A DNA stretch of 64,000 bases from Armatimonadota bacterium (GCA_023511915.1 JAIMAN010000002.1:13488-77487), one strand, 5' to 3'; positions 53,364 through 63,163 are shown, counted from the first letter of the stretch. Made by a program: numbers and translations. The notes: generated by a model not told the origin, from the sequence alone.

Positions 53364-56285
53364 ATGAGACGGATGTGGTTATGGCTGGTTGGAGTGTTCG
53401 TCGCGGCGCAGTGTGCGTGGGCGCAAGCGCCGCAATTGACGCCAGACGATGTTGTGCCTGGCGAGATGATTGTACGGCTCAAGCCCGGACGCACCCTGGA
53501 GACCGCGCGTGCGATTGCAGGCTCCGTGAACGCAGAGGTTCGTCCCATCCGTGTGCAGGATACCTATGTGCTGCGCTTGCGCGATCAGGGGCTTGCCGCC
53601 ACTACGCTGCTCCAAAAGGTGCAGGATACGGTCAAGAGCCTTGAAAAACACCCTGATGTGCTTTACATCGAGCCGCACTACATCCTGCGCTATCACGACA
53701 TCCCGAACGATCCGCTCTTCCCAGAACAGTGGGCGCTAACGATGATGCAAATGCCTGCTGCGTGGGACATCGAGAAAGGGCAGGCGGGGATTCGTGTTGC
53801 CTTCATCGACGACAACTTCCAACGGTCACATCCCGACTTGGCAGGCTTATTCGACCCGCTCTCGCGCAACTTCGCCGCCGATACGCCTGATGATAACATC
53901 GACCCCGAAGGCTCCGGCTTCTCGCACGGAACCTCAACGGTAGGCGTGGCGGCAGCGGTCACCAACAACGGAATCGGTATCGCAGGGCTTATCTGGGAAA
54001 ATGTGAAAATCGTCGGGCTCAAGGTCACCGAGCGACCTCTGGGTCCGCTGTACACGGAGAATGTGCTGGAAGCCTACCAGCATGTGATTGACAACGCCGC
54101 GCAGATTCATGTGCTGAATATGAGCTATGGCGGCTACTTCTTCTCGCAGCAGTCGAACGCGCTCATCCAAGAGATCTATCGTCGCGGCGTGGTGCCTGTT
54201 GCATCGGCGGGCAACGACAATGTGAATATTCCCAGCTACCCCGCGAACTTCGAGAATGTGGTGAATGTGTCGGCTGTTGGGCGCACGGGCGCGAAGGCAT
54301 CTTACTCCAACTACGGCAATATCGATTTGGCGGCGCCAGGCGGCGATCAGGAAAGCAGTTTCTTCGACGGCGTAATTACGACCGCTTCCACCTCGCAGCA
54401 ATATACCTATGTGCAGGGGACTTCGTACTCGGGACCGTATGTCGCCGCGGCGGTTGCGTTAGTGCTTTCGGCAGGCGCACCGCGACACAATGCGAACACA
54501 GTGGAGCCTGAAGCGGTAATCGCGCTCAAGGAGACCGCCGATCCACGCGGGCGAAATGTGCCCGACCCTGAACTGGGCTTTGGGATTATCAACCTTGACC
54601 AAGCTCTGCGCGGGGTAGGCGGCGTGAATGTCGCGTTCGTTGAACCTGTTTCGGGCACGACGATCGACACCCGCTTAGTGCGCGTACAAGTCGTGGTGCG
54701 CCGCGTGCTGAATAACGACCCCGCGAACATCCTGAATGTGCGCTTGAACGGCGACCCACTCCCGCGTAGCCAGTGGGAGCCGACGGCTGTGGTGAACCCG
54801 CAGCAGAGAACGATAACGCTGGACTTTGTGGTTGCGCTACCGGGCGAGGGACGCCATACGATCTCGGTTGAGGCGGTTGGACAGGACGGCGTGAGCGGCA
54901 GCGGCGCCACGCGCGTGATTGCAAAGGCGCGCGTGCAAAGTGCAGGGCTGGCGATGTTCTCCACACCCTACGATATTTCGGCAGCCCCTGAAGAGCTGTT
55001 TGGCAACGACGCGATTCTGGCGCGTTATCTGCCGTCAGAAGGCGCGTATGCCCGCTACTCGGCGGCGAATCCCGACCCGCGCGCCAGCTTCAATCCACCG
55101 GCCGTCGCTGTGCGTCCCGACGGCTCGAACAACCCCACGCCGCCGCGCGGCTTGGGCTACTTCCTGCGCACCACCTCGCCCGCCTTTATTCTGGGCGAGG
55201 AGCAGGTGGATGTGAATACCGCCTACCTCATCCCGCTGCAAGAGGGTTGGAACATGATTGGCAACCCCTTCCCGTTCAATGTGCCGTGGGCGGCATGTGA
55301 GGTTGAGGTGTTGGGTGCGGGGGGCATCGTACAGCGGCTCAGCCTGCAGGAAGCCGCCGACCGCGAATATATCCGCCTGCAAATCTACCGCTACATTCCG
55401 CTGACAGGTGAATACACTTGGCGCACGGCGCCGCTGGGCGAGCTGATCGCGTGGCAAGCGCACTGGGTACGCGCGCTCAAGCCGTGTACGCTGGTTGTGC
55501 CGCCCGTCGGCAGCCTACGCAGTCAGCCCGATGATACGCCGCGCGTTGCCCCCGTGCAGTCCGATGGCTGGCTCCTGCGCCTGATTGCCCGCAGTGGTGA
55601 CCGCGAGGACGCCAACAACCTCATCGGTACCGCAGCCCACGCTAACGACGCTCTCGGAACCGAGGATGTGGAGAAGCCGCCCGCATTCCAGGCGTATGTC
55701 GCGCTCACGATTCTGGAGCCGCGCACGCGCAGCGCGCTCGCGCAAGACCTGCGACGCAACGTGCGACGCACGCAGCGCTGGAACATCGAGGTTACGACCG
55801 ACCAGCCCAACGCGGAGGTCACCTTGCAGTGGAGCCAGGAACTGCCCGTGCCAAAAGGGACGCGCCTGGTGCTGATTGACCAAGTCACAGGCGAGCGCAT
55901 CTCGATGCTCCAAAACAGCTCGCACCGCTTCCGCACGGACGAGACCAGCCGACGGCGGTTCGTCATCGAGGCGCAGCCCGCCCGCGCCAGCCGCCTGCAG
56001 GTGACGAATGTGTCGATCACCCAGACGCGCGGCAACCAGTTCGCGATTCAATACGCCCTTAACGGCGAAGCGTCAGTGCAGGTGCTGGTTCAGGATGCAA
56101 CGGGCAAGACCGTCGCGCGTCTACAATCAGGCACGCGCACTTCAGGCGTCAGCACGGCGACTTGGAACGGACGCACCGACTCGGGCATCGCGGTGCCGCC
56201 TGGAACCTATCAGGTGCAGATTATCGCCACTGGAGACGACGGTGAGGCAGCGCGTGTGGTGCGACCGCTTGTGGTCGCCCGCTAA
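53364..56285 (+). CDS. Exported S8 (subtilisin-family) serine peptidase with I9-like propeptide and the shared C-terminal module
   Basis: Signal peptide. Catalytic triad contexts AFIDDNF (Asp), HGTSTVGVAAA (His) and GTSYSGPYVAAAVALV (Ser). C-terminus ...PPGTYQVQIIATGDDGEAARVVRPLVVAR. Confidence 0.85.
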   Translation: MRRMWLWLVGVFVAAQCAWAQAPQLTPDDVVPGEMIVRLKPGRTLETARAIAGSVNAEVRPIRVQDTYVLRLRDQGLAATTLLQKVQDTVKSLEKHPDVLYIEPHYILRYHDIPNDPLFPEQWALTMMQMPAAWDIEKGQAGIRVAFIDDNFQRSHPDLAGLFDPLSRNFAADTPDDNIDPEGSGFSHGTSTVGVAAAVTNNGIGIAGLIWENVKIVGLKVTERPLGPLYTENVLEAYQHVIDNAAQIHVLNMSYGGYFFSQQSNALIQEIYRRGVVPVASAGNDNVNIPSYPANFENVVNVSAVGRTGAKASYSNYGNIDLAAPGGDQESSFFDGVITTASTSQQYTYVQGTSYSGPYVAAAVALVLSAGAPRHNANTVEPEAVIALKETADPRGRNVPDPELGFGIINLDQALRGVGGVNVAFVEPVSGTTIDTRLVRVQVVVRRVLNNDPANILNVRLNGDPLPRSQWEPTAVVNPQQRTITLDFVVALPGEGRHTISVEAVGQDGVSGSGATRVIAKARVQSAGLAMFSTPYDISAAPEELFGNDAILARYLPSEGAYARYSAANPDPRASFNPPAVAVRPDGSNNPTPPRGLGYFLRTTSPAFILGEEQVDVNTAYLIPLQEGWNMIGNPFPFNVPWAACEVEVLGAGGIVQRLSLQEAADREYIRLQIYRYIPLTGEYTWRTAPLGELIAWQAHWVRALKPCTLVVPPVGSLRSQPDDTPRVAPVQSDGWLLRLIARSGDREDANNLIGTAAHANDALGTEDVEKPPAFQAYVALTILEPRTRSALAQDLRRNVRRTQRWNIEVTTDQPNAEVTLQWSQELPVPKGTRLVLIDQVTGERISMLQNSSHRFRTDETSRRRFVIEAQPARASRLQVTNVSITQTRGNQFAIQYALNGEASVQVLVQDATGKTVARLQSGTRTSGVSTATWNGRTDSGIAVPPGTYQVQIIATGDDGEAARVVRPLVVAR
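54950..56282 (+). other. Shared C-terminal module, copy 2 (GWNMIGNPF at 55245-55271)
   Basis: Collinear blocks: PLQEGWNMIGNPF, WQAHWVRA, WLLRLIARSGD, EVTLQWSQ...LVLIDQVTGERISM, and the FlgD-Ig-like tail. Confidence 0.75.
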
Positions 56286-56303
56286 GGAAGGAGGCTACAG
56301 ATT

Positions 56304-59000
56304 ATGAAACGATGGATGTCAGCAATCTTGAATGGTAGCCTGGTGATGGGGATAGCTCTCGCCCAAGGCGGGAGCTATCAGCCAGGACCTGGGCAACCGT
56401 GCGGCTGTCCCAACAACGATAACCCGGTCAGCGACGATTACGCCGCACTCACGGTGGACAATGGCGTGCTGGGCGCTACGCTTGGCTTGGGCGGTACTGT
56501 TACTTGGATTACAGGATGCTTCCCGATTGAGAATGCGGAGTGTACCACTCGTCCCGCTGAGGGCAGTATCCAGCTGGGCACTTCAGGCGGCAACGCGCTG
56601 CTGGGCGATCGGGGCATCGCGCTGACCTCAGGCTATCCGTGGGGCGTCTATCCCGGCGGGATGTATATCACTATGCAGGCGCAGCGCGAGGGTCAGACCC
56701 AAACCTTCGTTTGGGGACGCGAGGGCGGACCGACGGTCACTTTTGATCAAGCCTGGCGCGGCGCGAGTGGGTTCTACATCCGCCGTATCTGGAATGTGGA
56801 AGGCTGGGACACCGACATGCGGATTGATTTGGTACAGTCCGCGGCGCGTATCAGCCTGCGCGTGCGCAACAATGGCGACACGCCCGCCTCGCTCGCGCTC
56901 CGATTGGCTTCGGATGTCGAAACAGGCGTTGAGGAGGGCTTCGACCGCAACGGCGCGTCGCGACCGCCCTATGTCTATGTGCAGGGGCAGCGACCCATAC
57001 GCACCTACACTGATATTCGGGGCGTGCAAATCCCCAACGCTATCGAGTTCTATCTGGGGCGCGGCAACCTCGCCGGCTCCTCGCGATACCTTCTGCGCCC
57101 CGTCAAGGGATTCGAAGACCAGACGCCCATCGATCGGCTGGTCGTCGGCGCGTGGCTTTTCATACAGGGCACAACGATTTGGGAGCCGACGCTGTTCCCC
57201 GATGCGTTCATCAATGATGTCGCGATCAACCTGTTTGTTAACGCACGCAATTTTGCGCCGGGTCAAGAGCGTGAGTTTGTGTTCTATGTGACGCTGACGC
57301 CCGTGGATTTGGATGTGCAGCCGCCTGTGGCGGTGGGCGTCGAGGCGCTGCCTGTGGTGGAGCCAGACCCGCAAGACCTGTCGCAGTTGGCAAATGACGG
57401 CGAGTTCGTGATTGTCGCGAATGTCACGAACCAGTTCTTCATTGTCGGGCGCGAGATTGACCTGACGAATGTGGCGGTGGACTTGTCGCTGCCTGCAGGC
57501 GTCTCGCTTGCGCCTGGGGAAACGCGCACCCGCACCATCGCGCGCCTTGCACCTGGGCAGACCGCGCCCTTGAGGTGGCGTGTGGTGGCAGACCCGACCA
57601 CAGTGGGCTTCGTGACCTTCCGCGTTTCGGTGCAGGCGCCGCCCGCACCCACAAAGTCCGTGGCGCGCACGATTCTCATCTCCGCCACCGCCAACCGCAA
57701 ACTGGAGTCGGGCTTCCAGATCGTCTCGATTCCCTTCACGACCACCAGCTCACTGGATGAGGTGTTGAATCTGCCCGGCGCGTACCAAGCGAAGCGCTGG
57801 AACCCCGAACGCGAGCTATATGAGACCATAGACACTATTCAGCCTGGTCAGGGCTTCTGGATCTTCTTGCCAGGCGACGCCACCACTGCCCAATACGATG
57901 CGACCAACTTACGCTTCCCCGACAATGTGTTCACCACAAGTGTGCCACTGCCGCTCAAGCGTGGGTGGAACCAAATTGGCAATCCGTACCCTTATCCGCT
58001 CGTGCTGGGGCAGGTAGTCATCGTGCCAGCCAGTGACCCGTCGCGTAGCATTAGCTTCTTCGAGGCGGCGCAGCGTGGCGTCATTCGCGGCGTTCTCTAC
58101 TACTGGGACGAGTTCTCGCGCGAGTATAAGTTCACTTCTGACCCGAACACGCCACTCCTGCCGCATCGGGGCTACTGGATCAAAGTGAACGAAGACATTG
58201 AGTTCGTCTACCCGCCTGTGTTTTTGCCTGGTACGGGCTTTGGCGGGGTGATCATCCGTTCCGCTGAGGAGCGTCCCAATCTGCCCAACGATTGGCGACT
58301 GCAGATTGTGGCGCGTACGACCCGCGGCGCGGACACGCAGAACTTCATCGGCATGAGCAGCGGGCGCAGCGCAGGCGACATCGAGGAGCCGCCGACGCCG
58401 CTGCCTGACCGCCCCGTGAACTTGGTCATCCTCAAGTCGGGCACAGGCGCGCCGCTGATGCAAGAAATCCGCCCGCTTGCCAATCGCCAACAGTTCGACT
58501 TGATGGTGGAGGCGGGCGCGGGCGAGGAGGTCACGCTGTCCTTCCCGAACCTGAACACGGTGCCGCAGGGCTACCGCCTGCGCCTGACCGACTTGAACAC
58601 GGGACGCGCGGTCGATCTGCGCACGACGCCTGAGTACCGCTTCGTCTCCACAGGGCGCACGCGCCTGCAAATCACCGTCGAGCGCGCGGCGCGTACAGGC
58701 GCGCTGATTACCAGCGTGAATGTGGGCAGCGCAGGGCGCGGCGCCAACAGCGTGTCCATCTCCTATGTGCTGGCAGACAACGCGCAGACCAGCATCCAGA
58801 TTCTTGGCTCGGATGGTCGAGCGATTGCAAGCCTGCATCGCGGACGCGCAGCCACGCGCGGCGTCAACACGGTCTCGTGGAACCTGCGCGACGATCAAGG
58901 GCGCGCCGTACCGCCGGGAACCTATCAGGTGCAGGTCGAGGCGCGCACTGAAGACGGTCAGACGGCGCGCGCGGTGCGACCGCTGGTGCTGACCCGATAA
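56304..59000 (+). CDS. Exported hypothetical protein (898 aa) carrying the shared C-terminal module
   Basis: Signal peptide MKRWMSAILNGSLVMGIALAQG. I do not recognise the N-terminal roughly 460 aa. C-terminus ...PPGTYQVQVEARTEDGQTARAVRPLVLTR. Confidence 0.75.
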   Translation: MKRWMSAILNGSLVMGIALAQGGSYQPGPGQPCGCPNNDNPVSDDYAALTVDNGVLGATLGLGGTVTWITGCFPIENAECTTRPAEGSIQLGTSGGNALLGDRGIALTSGYPWGVYPGGMYITMQAQREGQTQTFVWGREGGPTVTFDQAWRGASGFYIRRIWNVEGWDTDMRIDLVQSAARISLRVRNNGDTPASLALRLASDVETGVEEGFDRNGASRPPYVYVQGQRPIRTYTDIRGVQIPNAIEFYLGRGNLAGSSRYLLRPVKGFEDQTPIDRLVVGAWLFIQGTTIWEPTLFPDAFINDVAINLFVNARNFAPGQEREFVFYVTLTPVDLDVQPPVAVGVEALPVVEPDPQDLSQLANDGEFVIVANVTNQFFIVGREIDLTNVAVDLSLPAGVSLAPGETRTRTIARLAPGQTAPLRWRVVADPTTVGFVTFRVSVQAPPAPTKSVARTILISATANRKLESGFQIVSIPFTTTSSLDEVLNLPGAYQAKRWNPERELYETIDTIQPGQGFWIFLPGDATTAQYDATNLRFPDNVFTTSVPLPLKRGWNQIGNPYPYPLVLGQVVIVPASDPSRSISFFEAAQRGVIRGVLYYWDEFSREYKFTSDPNTPLLPHRGYWIKVNEDIEFVYPPVFLPGTGFGGVIIRSAEERPNLPNDWRLQIVARTTRGADTQNFIGMSSGRSAGDIEEPPTPLPDRPVNLVILKSGTGAPLMQEIRPLANRQQFDLMVEAGAGEEVTLSFPNLNTVPQGYRLRLTDLNTGRAVDLRTTPEYRFVSTGRTRLQITVERAARTGALITSVNVGSAGRGANSVSISYVLADNAQTSIQILGSDGRAIASLHRGRAATRGVNTVSWNLRDDQGRAVPPGTYQVQVEARTEDGQTARAVRPLVLTR
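57700..58997 (+). other. Shared C-terminal module, copy 3 (GWNQIGNPY at 57962-57988)
   Basis: Collinear blocks: PLKRGWNQIGNPY, HRGYWIKV, WRLQIVARTTRG, EVTLSFPN...LRLTDLNTGRAVDL, and the FlgD-Ig-like tail. Confidence 0.75.
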
Positions 59001-59047
59001 CGCATCACGGGCTGGGGCAACCCCCCAGCCCACCTAAAGGAGGCGCA

Positions 59048-59743
59048 ATGGTGAGAACTTACTGGGCAGTGATCATCGCATGCCTGTCGCTCGGATGGAG
59101 TGCGGCGCAGACACGCGAACTGGTGCTGTTCCCGTTCGCGCAGGGCGCGGCGGTGCAACCGAGCGACGAGTTCAATGTAAATGTCGAGGCGCTCAACGCC
59201 CTCTACGCGCAGCTCAAAGAGATTCCCAGCATCTATGTGCTACGGTTCCGTGAGACGAACCCGTCGATTACCCGCGCGATTGAGGAGAACCGTATTCGGC
59301 GCGACCGCCTGAACCCACCGTTCAACGAGCGCGAGGCGGACGGTACTTGGCGCGCCGCGCGCGTGGGCGCACTGCTGGATGTTGACCTCGCGTTTGCAGG
59401 GCGCATCGAGGAGTTCAGCTACGACCCCACCAAGCGCGAGGCAATTATCACCATCAGCGGCGACCTCATCGATGTGCGCACGGGTGAGGTCATCGTCTCG
59501 GTGGCGGAGTCAGGACGCGGGCGGTTAGGCTCTGACCAAGAGGATGTGAACATCGCCCGAATCGCTGCGGTGGCTGAGGTCGCCCAGAAGGTGGGCGCAG
59601 CGTTGCGCGAACGCTTAGCGCCGCCTGTGCAGCAACCAACCCAACCGCAAGAAGAGCGTCGCCCCGACCGCAAACGCGAGCGCGCGACAGTGACGCTGTT
59701 CGCGATTATTCTGGGCGCGGTGCTGGGCGGCTCGCAGTTTTAG
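59048..59743 (+). CDS. Small exported CsgG/LpoB-like domain protein with basic linker and C-terminal TM anchor
   Basis: Signal peptide MVRTYWAVIIACLSLGWSAAQ. DLAFAGRIEEFSYDP...ISGDLIDVRTGEVIV is paralogous to the N-domain of the 51507 gene. Tail is RRPDRKRERATVTLFAIILGAVLGGSQF. Confidence 0.7.
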   Translation: MVRTYWAVIIACLSLGWSAAQTRELVLFPFAQGAAVQPSDEFNVNVEALNALYAQLKEIPSIYVLRFRETNPSITRAIEENRIRRDRLNPPFNEREADGTWRAARVGALLDVDLAFAGRIEEFSYDPTKREAIITISGDLIDVRTGEVIVSVAESGRGRLGSDQEDVNIARIAAVAEVAQKVGAALRERLAPPVQQPTQPQEERRPDRKRERATVTLFAIILGAVLGGSQF

Positions 59744-59744
59744 A

Positions 59745-61682
59745 ATGTGCAAGCGACCCATCCGACGACTGATCGGGGCAGGGGGGCTGTGGCTCCTCTG
59801 CCTTTGTGCTTGTTGGGCGAATGGGGCAATTCGCCTGAGCGTCTACCCCGCGGCGGCGGTCGCCGACGGCGCAACGCAAATTCTGGTGGTCGCCGAAGTG
59901 CGCACCAGTCAGGGCAAGCCTGCGCCCGACGGCACGCAGGTCGCGTTCACCACGACGCTGGGCGCGTTCCGCGAGCCTGTGGTCGCCACCGAGGGCGGCG
60001 TGGCGCGTGCGACGCTCATCGCCAGCCAGACGCCCGGCGCCGCGACGATTACCGCGACCGCTGTCGGGCTGGGCGTTGTGGGTGAGACTCAGGCGCTGTT
60101 CGTGGCGACCCAAGACGAGCTGCGCAGCGCGACCGACTATGTGCAAGTGCTGGGCGCGGAGTACCTCGCCTACGCCAACGAGCAGCGCGTCATCGCCGCG
60201 TCGGGCAAGGCGCGCGGCGCAAGCGTCCGCTTCGGCTTCACGCGCATCGAGGCGGACGACCTGCAGCTGGAAGTGGAGAGCCTGCGCGTGAAGGCGCGCA
60301 ACGCTCGCCTGCAGTACGGCTCCGAAGCTGCCGAGTTTGCCGAACTGAGCTATGAGTTGCGCGCCTTGCAAGGCTACGGGCTGACCCAACGCGATGGACG
60401 CTGGGAAGTCGTGCGCGTGCGCTACGGGGCAATCGAGCCGTTTGACGCTGTGGTTCCGCCTGAGCTGTTCCAGTTCGCCGACATCTCCGAGTCGGATTTG
60501 GTCATCAAGGCGGCGCAGATTTGGTTCTACCCCAACGAGCGCATTCAGTTCCACCGCGCGGAGTTTTATGTGGGCGAGGTGCGCTCGCTGAGCCTGCCGC
60601 TCTATTCGCAAAGCCTCTGGAGTGGTGGCGTCGGCAGCGACACGCTGATTGGCGTGCAGAGCGGGCAGGTCTATCTGGATGTGCCGTACTACTACACGCT
60701 GTCGCCGACGCAGATTGGCGCGTTGCGCTTGCGCACGGCGCAGGTGGGCGGGCGCACCATGGGCGCGGCGCGAGGGATGTTCCTTGACCTCGAACACGAG
60801 TATCGGGTCGGGCTGGGCACGGGGATGGTGAGCCTCACCAGCCTGGCACGCAGCGACTGGGGGGTGAACTGGCGGCATCAGCAGCCGCTTGCGCCGAACA
60901 CGCGCCTTGCGCTGTGGCTCGACTCGCCTGCGCATCAGGGCGTCTACGGCTCCCTGCAACTCTCGCATCAGGCGCGCGGCTACTCGACAGGCGCGACGCT
61001 TGCGGGCAGCACCTATTGGCGCGGCGCGCGTGCGCAGAGTCTCCGCACGGATGTGTTCATCGAGACCACTCCGCGCCGCGTCGCCGATTTGCCGCTGCGC
61101 CAGAGCCTATCGCTGAACCTTACGACCAACCGCGTGCAAGGCAGTTTGGGGACACAGACCCGTGAGGGCGTCGGCGTCCGCGCACGCTGGAATCTCATTC
61201 CCCAATCGCTGGGGCAGGGAACCACCCTCACGGGCGGGCTTACGGTGGGGCGGTTCGTGGGCAACCTACCCAACGCGGGCTGGAGCCTCACAGGCACTTT
61301 GGGGATTACGCAAGCGTTGGGCGCGAGCGGCGCGCTCAGCATCAACTATGACTACGCTCAAGACGCGCTCGGCGCAAACCTGCTGGGCAGACACCGACTG
61401 TCGGGCAGCCTCACTTGGAGCGCTGGCGAGCGATACTACCTCACAGGCTACTTCAGCCGCGCCTTAGACGCCGATTCTGTGAGCTATGTCGGGGACTTCT
61501 CGTGGCGAATTAGCCCCCTCTGGCGGATGGGATTGGGGTATACTTGGCAGCGGTATCAGCAGTACGACTTTCGCGACCAAACCTTCACCATCGCCTATCG
61601 GATAGGCTTCCGCGAGGTCGCGCTGACTTGGTCGTCCTTCACGAAGCGATGGGGCTTCGACCTGCTCACGGCGTTCTACTAA
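59745..61682 (+). CDS. Putative outer-membrane beta-barrel protein with N-terminal bacterial Ig-like (Big_1-type) domain
   Basis: Signal peptide. IRLSVYPAAAVADGATQILVVAEVRTSQGKPAPDGTQVAFTTTLG resembles invasin/intimin Big_1. The C-terminal roughly 400 aa alternate hydrophobic/polar residues, rich in G/S/T/Y, ending ...WGFDLLTAFY (aromatic terminus). Starts 1 nt after the previous gene. Confidence 0.6.
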   Translation: MCKRPIRRLIGAGGLWLLCLCACWANGAIRLSVYPAAAVADGATQILVVAEVRTSQGKPAPDGTQVAFTTTLGAFREPVVATEGGVARATLIASQTPGAATITATAVGLGVVGETQALFVATQDELRSATDYVQVLGAEYLAYANEQRVIAASGKARGASVRFGFTRIEADDLQLEVESLRVKARNARLQYGSEAAEFAELSYELRALQGYGLTQRDGRWEVVRVRYGAIEPFDAVVPPELFQFADISESDLVIKAAQIWFYPNERIQFHRAEFYVGEVRSLSLPLYSQSLWSGGVGSDTLIGVQSGQVYLDVPYYYTLSPTQIGALRLRTAQVGGRTMGAARGMFLDLEHEYRVGLGTGMVSLTSLARSDWGVNWRHQQPLAPNTRLALWLDSPAHQGVYGSLQLSHQARGYSTGATLAGSTYWRGARAQSLRTDVFIETTPRRVADLPLRQSLSLNLTTNRVQGSLGTQTREGVGVRARWNLIPQSLGQGTTLTGGLTVGRFVGNLPNAGWSLTGTLGITQALGASGALSINYDYAQDALGANLLGRHRLSGSLTWSAGERYYLTGYFSRALDADSVSYVGDFSWRISPLWRMGLGYTWQRYQQYDFRDQTFTIAYRIGFREVALTWSSFTKRWGFDLLTAFY

Positions 61683-61738
61683 ACGCAGGGTTAACTTACA
61701 CAAGGGTAGAGTATAGACGCACACTTTGGAGGCAGGCT

Positions 61739-62233
61739 ATGTATGAGGTCAGGGATGTAGCCGTTGCGCCGTTGCCGCGTCTGGCGCGTTATTGTACGGC
61801 AGGCGCAGGCGTCGGCGTCTCGGCGTTCGAGTTGGTGTCGTTCGATCGCGCGCTGCGTCAGGCAGGCTTTGCGGACTACAACCTGTTGCGCGTGTCCAGC
61901 ATTTTGCCGCCGAGCGTGGCGTTGCGACCAAGCGTTGATGTGCCAAAGGGGAGCCTGTTGCCTATCGCCTACGGCGTGTTCAGTTCGGACGAAGCAGAGC
62001 GCACAATCGCTGCCGCCGTCTCGCTGGCGTTCCCCACCGACCCGCGCGAAGTCGGCGTGATTATGGAGACCGAAGGCTATATGACCGAGCGCGAGGCGCA
62101 CGAGATGGTCGCCGCGATGGCGGAAGAGGCGATGGAGGATCGCAATCTCCGAATCGCGCGGCTGGAGGTCGTCGCGATCGAGGCGCAGGTCGAACTCTAC
62201 ACGACGGTGTTCGCGGGCGTCGCACTGTGGTGA
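61739..62233 (+). CDS. pdaD: Pyruvoyl-dependent arginine decarboxylase
   Basis: FELVSFDRALRQAGFADYNLLRVSSILPP contains the self-cleaving Ser-Ser site. Length is 164 aa. SD GGAGG; the track ORF start at 61544 lies inside the previous gene. Confidence 0.8.
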   Translation: MYEVRDVAVAPLPRLARYCTAGAGVGVSAFELVSFDRALRQAGFADYNLLRVSSILPPSVALRPSVDVPKGSLLPIAYGVFSSDEAERTIAAAVSLAFPTDPREVGVIMETEGYMTEREAHEMVAAMAEEAMEDRNLRIARLEVVAIEAQVELYTTVFAGVALW

Positions 62234-62235
62234 GC

Positions 62236-63156
62236 CTACGAGGGCGCGCGGCGTCGCGCGAGGTGTTCAAACTCCAGCGCGACATCGGCGACCACCGAAC
62301 GCAGGTCGGAGAGCAGGGGCAGCTGGGCGCGGGCGATTGCCACATCGTCCAAGTCTAACGGCGCGACCAGCAGCGCCTCTTGATTGATCGGTCCCTGCGC
62401 AATCGCCTTGCCGAAGGGGTTCACCACCCACGACGCGCCCACAAAACCCTTGCCGCCCTCGAAGCCGACCAGACTGGACTGCACCACATACAGCGTATGC
62501 TCGCCGCCGATTTGGGTGAGCATACGCCGATACGCCTCCACATTCTCGATCTGCTCGGCTTGGAACCCGCGCGCGGGCGAAGCAGTCGGTACATACAACA
62601 CCTGCGCGCCTTTGAGCGCGACAATCGTGCTGGTAATCGAGTGCCACACATCTTCGCAAATCAAAATTGCGGCGCGTCCGAAGCGTGTTTGAAAGACCTC
62701 TAAGCGACGCCCCCGCGCCACGAAACGCTCCTCCTCGAACACGCCGTAGGTCGGCAGGAAGAATTTCTGATGCACATGCAGAAGCGACGACTGTGCAGGT
62801 TCTGGGTCTAAAGTTGCATAGAGCGCGGAGTTGAAGTATTCGCCGTCGAGGTACTCGTAGAAGCCGACGCAGATGTCGAGCGGTCGGTCGGGTTGCAGGT
62901 CGGCGTACAGGCAGGCGAGGTCGTGCAGTAGTTGCGTCGCAGGGATGGCTAATTCGCGCACACCGCCCTCCACGAAGTAGCCTGTGGTCGCCGTTTCGGG
63001 CAGCGCCAACACATCCACGCCCTCATGAAGGGACTGGCGCATCAGCTCGCCAATCCGCTCCAGATTGCGCCGATACTGCCCCTTGGTCGGCTTGAACTGC
63101 CCAATCCCGACCGTGAACCGCCGCTGCACGCCCTCGAACAGGTTGCGTTGCATCAT
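62236..63156 (-). CDS. Carbon-nitrogen hydrolase, NadE-glutaminase type (stand-alone subunit)
   Basis: Catalytic contexts LALPETATTGY (Glu), HQKFFLPTYGVFEEERF (Lys) and AAILICEDVWH (Cys). These match the LPNYGVFDE / ICEDLW signatures of the glutaminase domain of glutamine-dependent NAD synthetases. Starts 7 nt after the nadE stop. Confidence 0.7.
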   Translation of the reverse strand: MMQRNLFEGVQRRFTVGIGQFKPTKGQYRRNLERIGELMRQSLHEGVDVLALPETATTGYFVEGGVRELAIPATQLLHDLACLYADLQPDRPLDICVGFYEYLDGEYFNSALYATLDPEPAQSSLLHVHQKFFLPTYGVFEEERFVARGRRLEVFQTRFGRAAILICEDVWHSITSTIVALKGAQVLYVPTASPARGFQAEQIENVEAYRRMLTQIGGEHTLYVVQSSLVGFEGGKGFVGASWVVNPFGKAIAQGPINQEALLVAPLDLDDVAIARAQLPLLSDLRSVVADVALEFEHLARRRAPS

Positions 63157-63163
63157 AGCCGCC

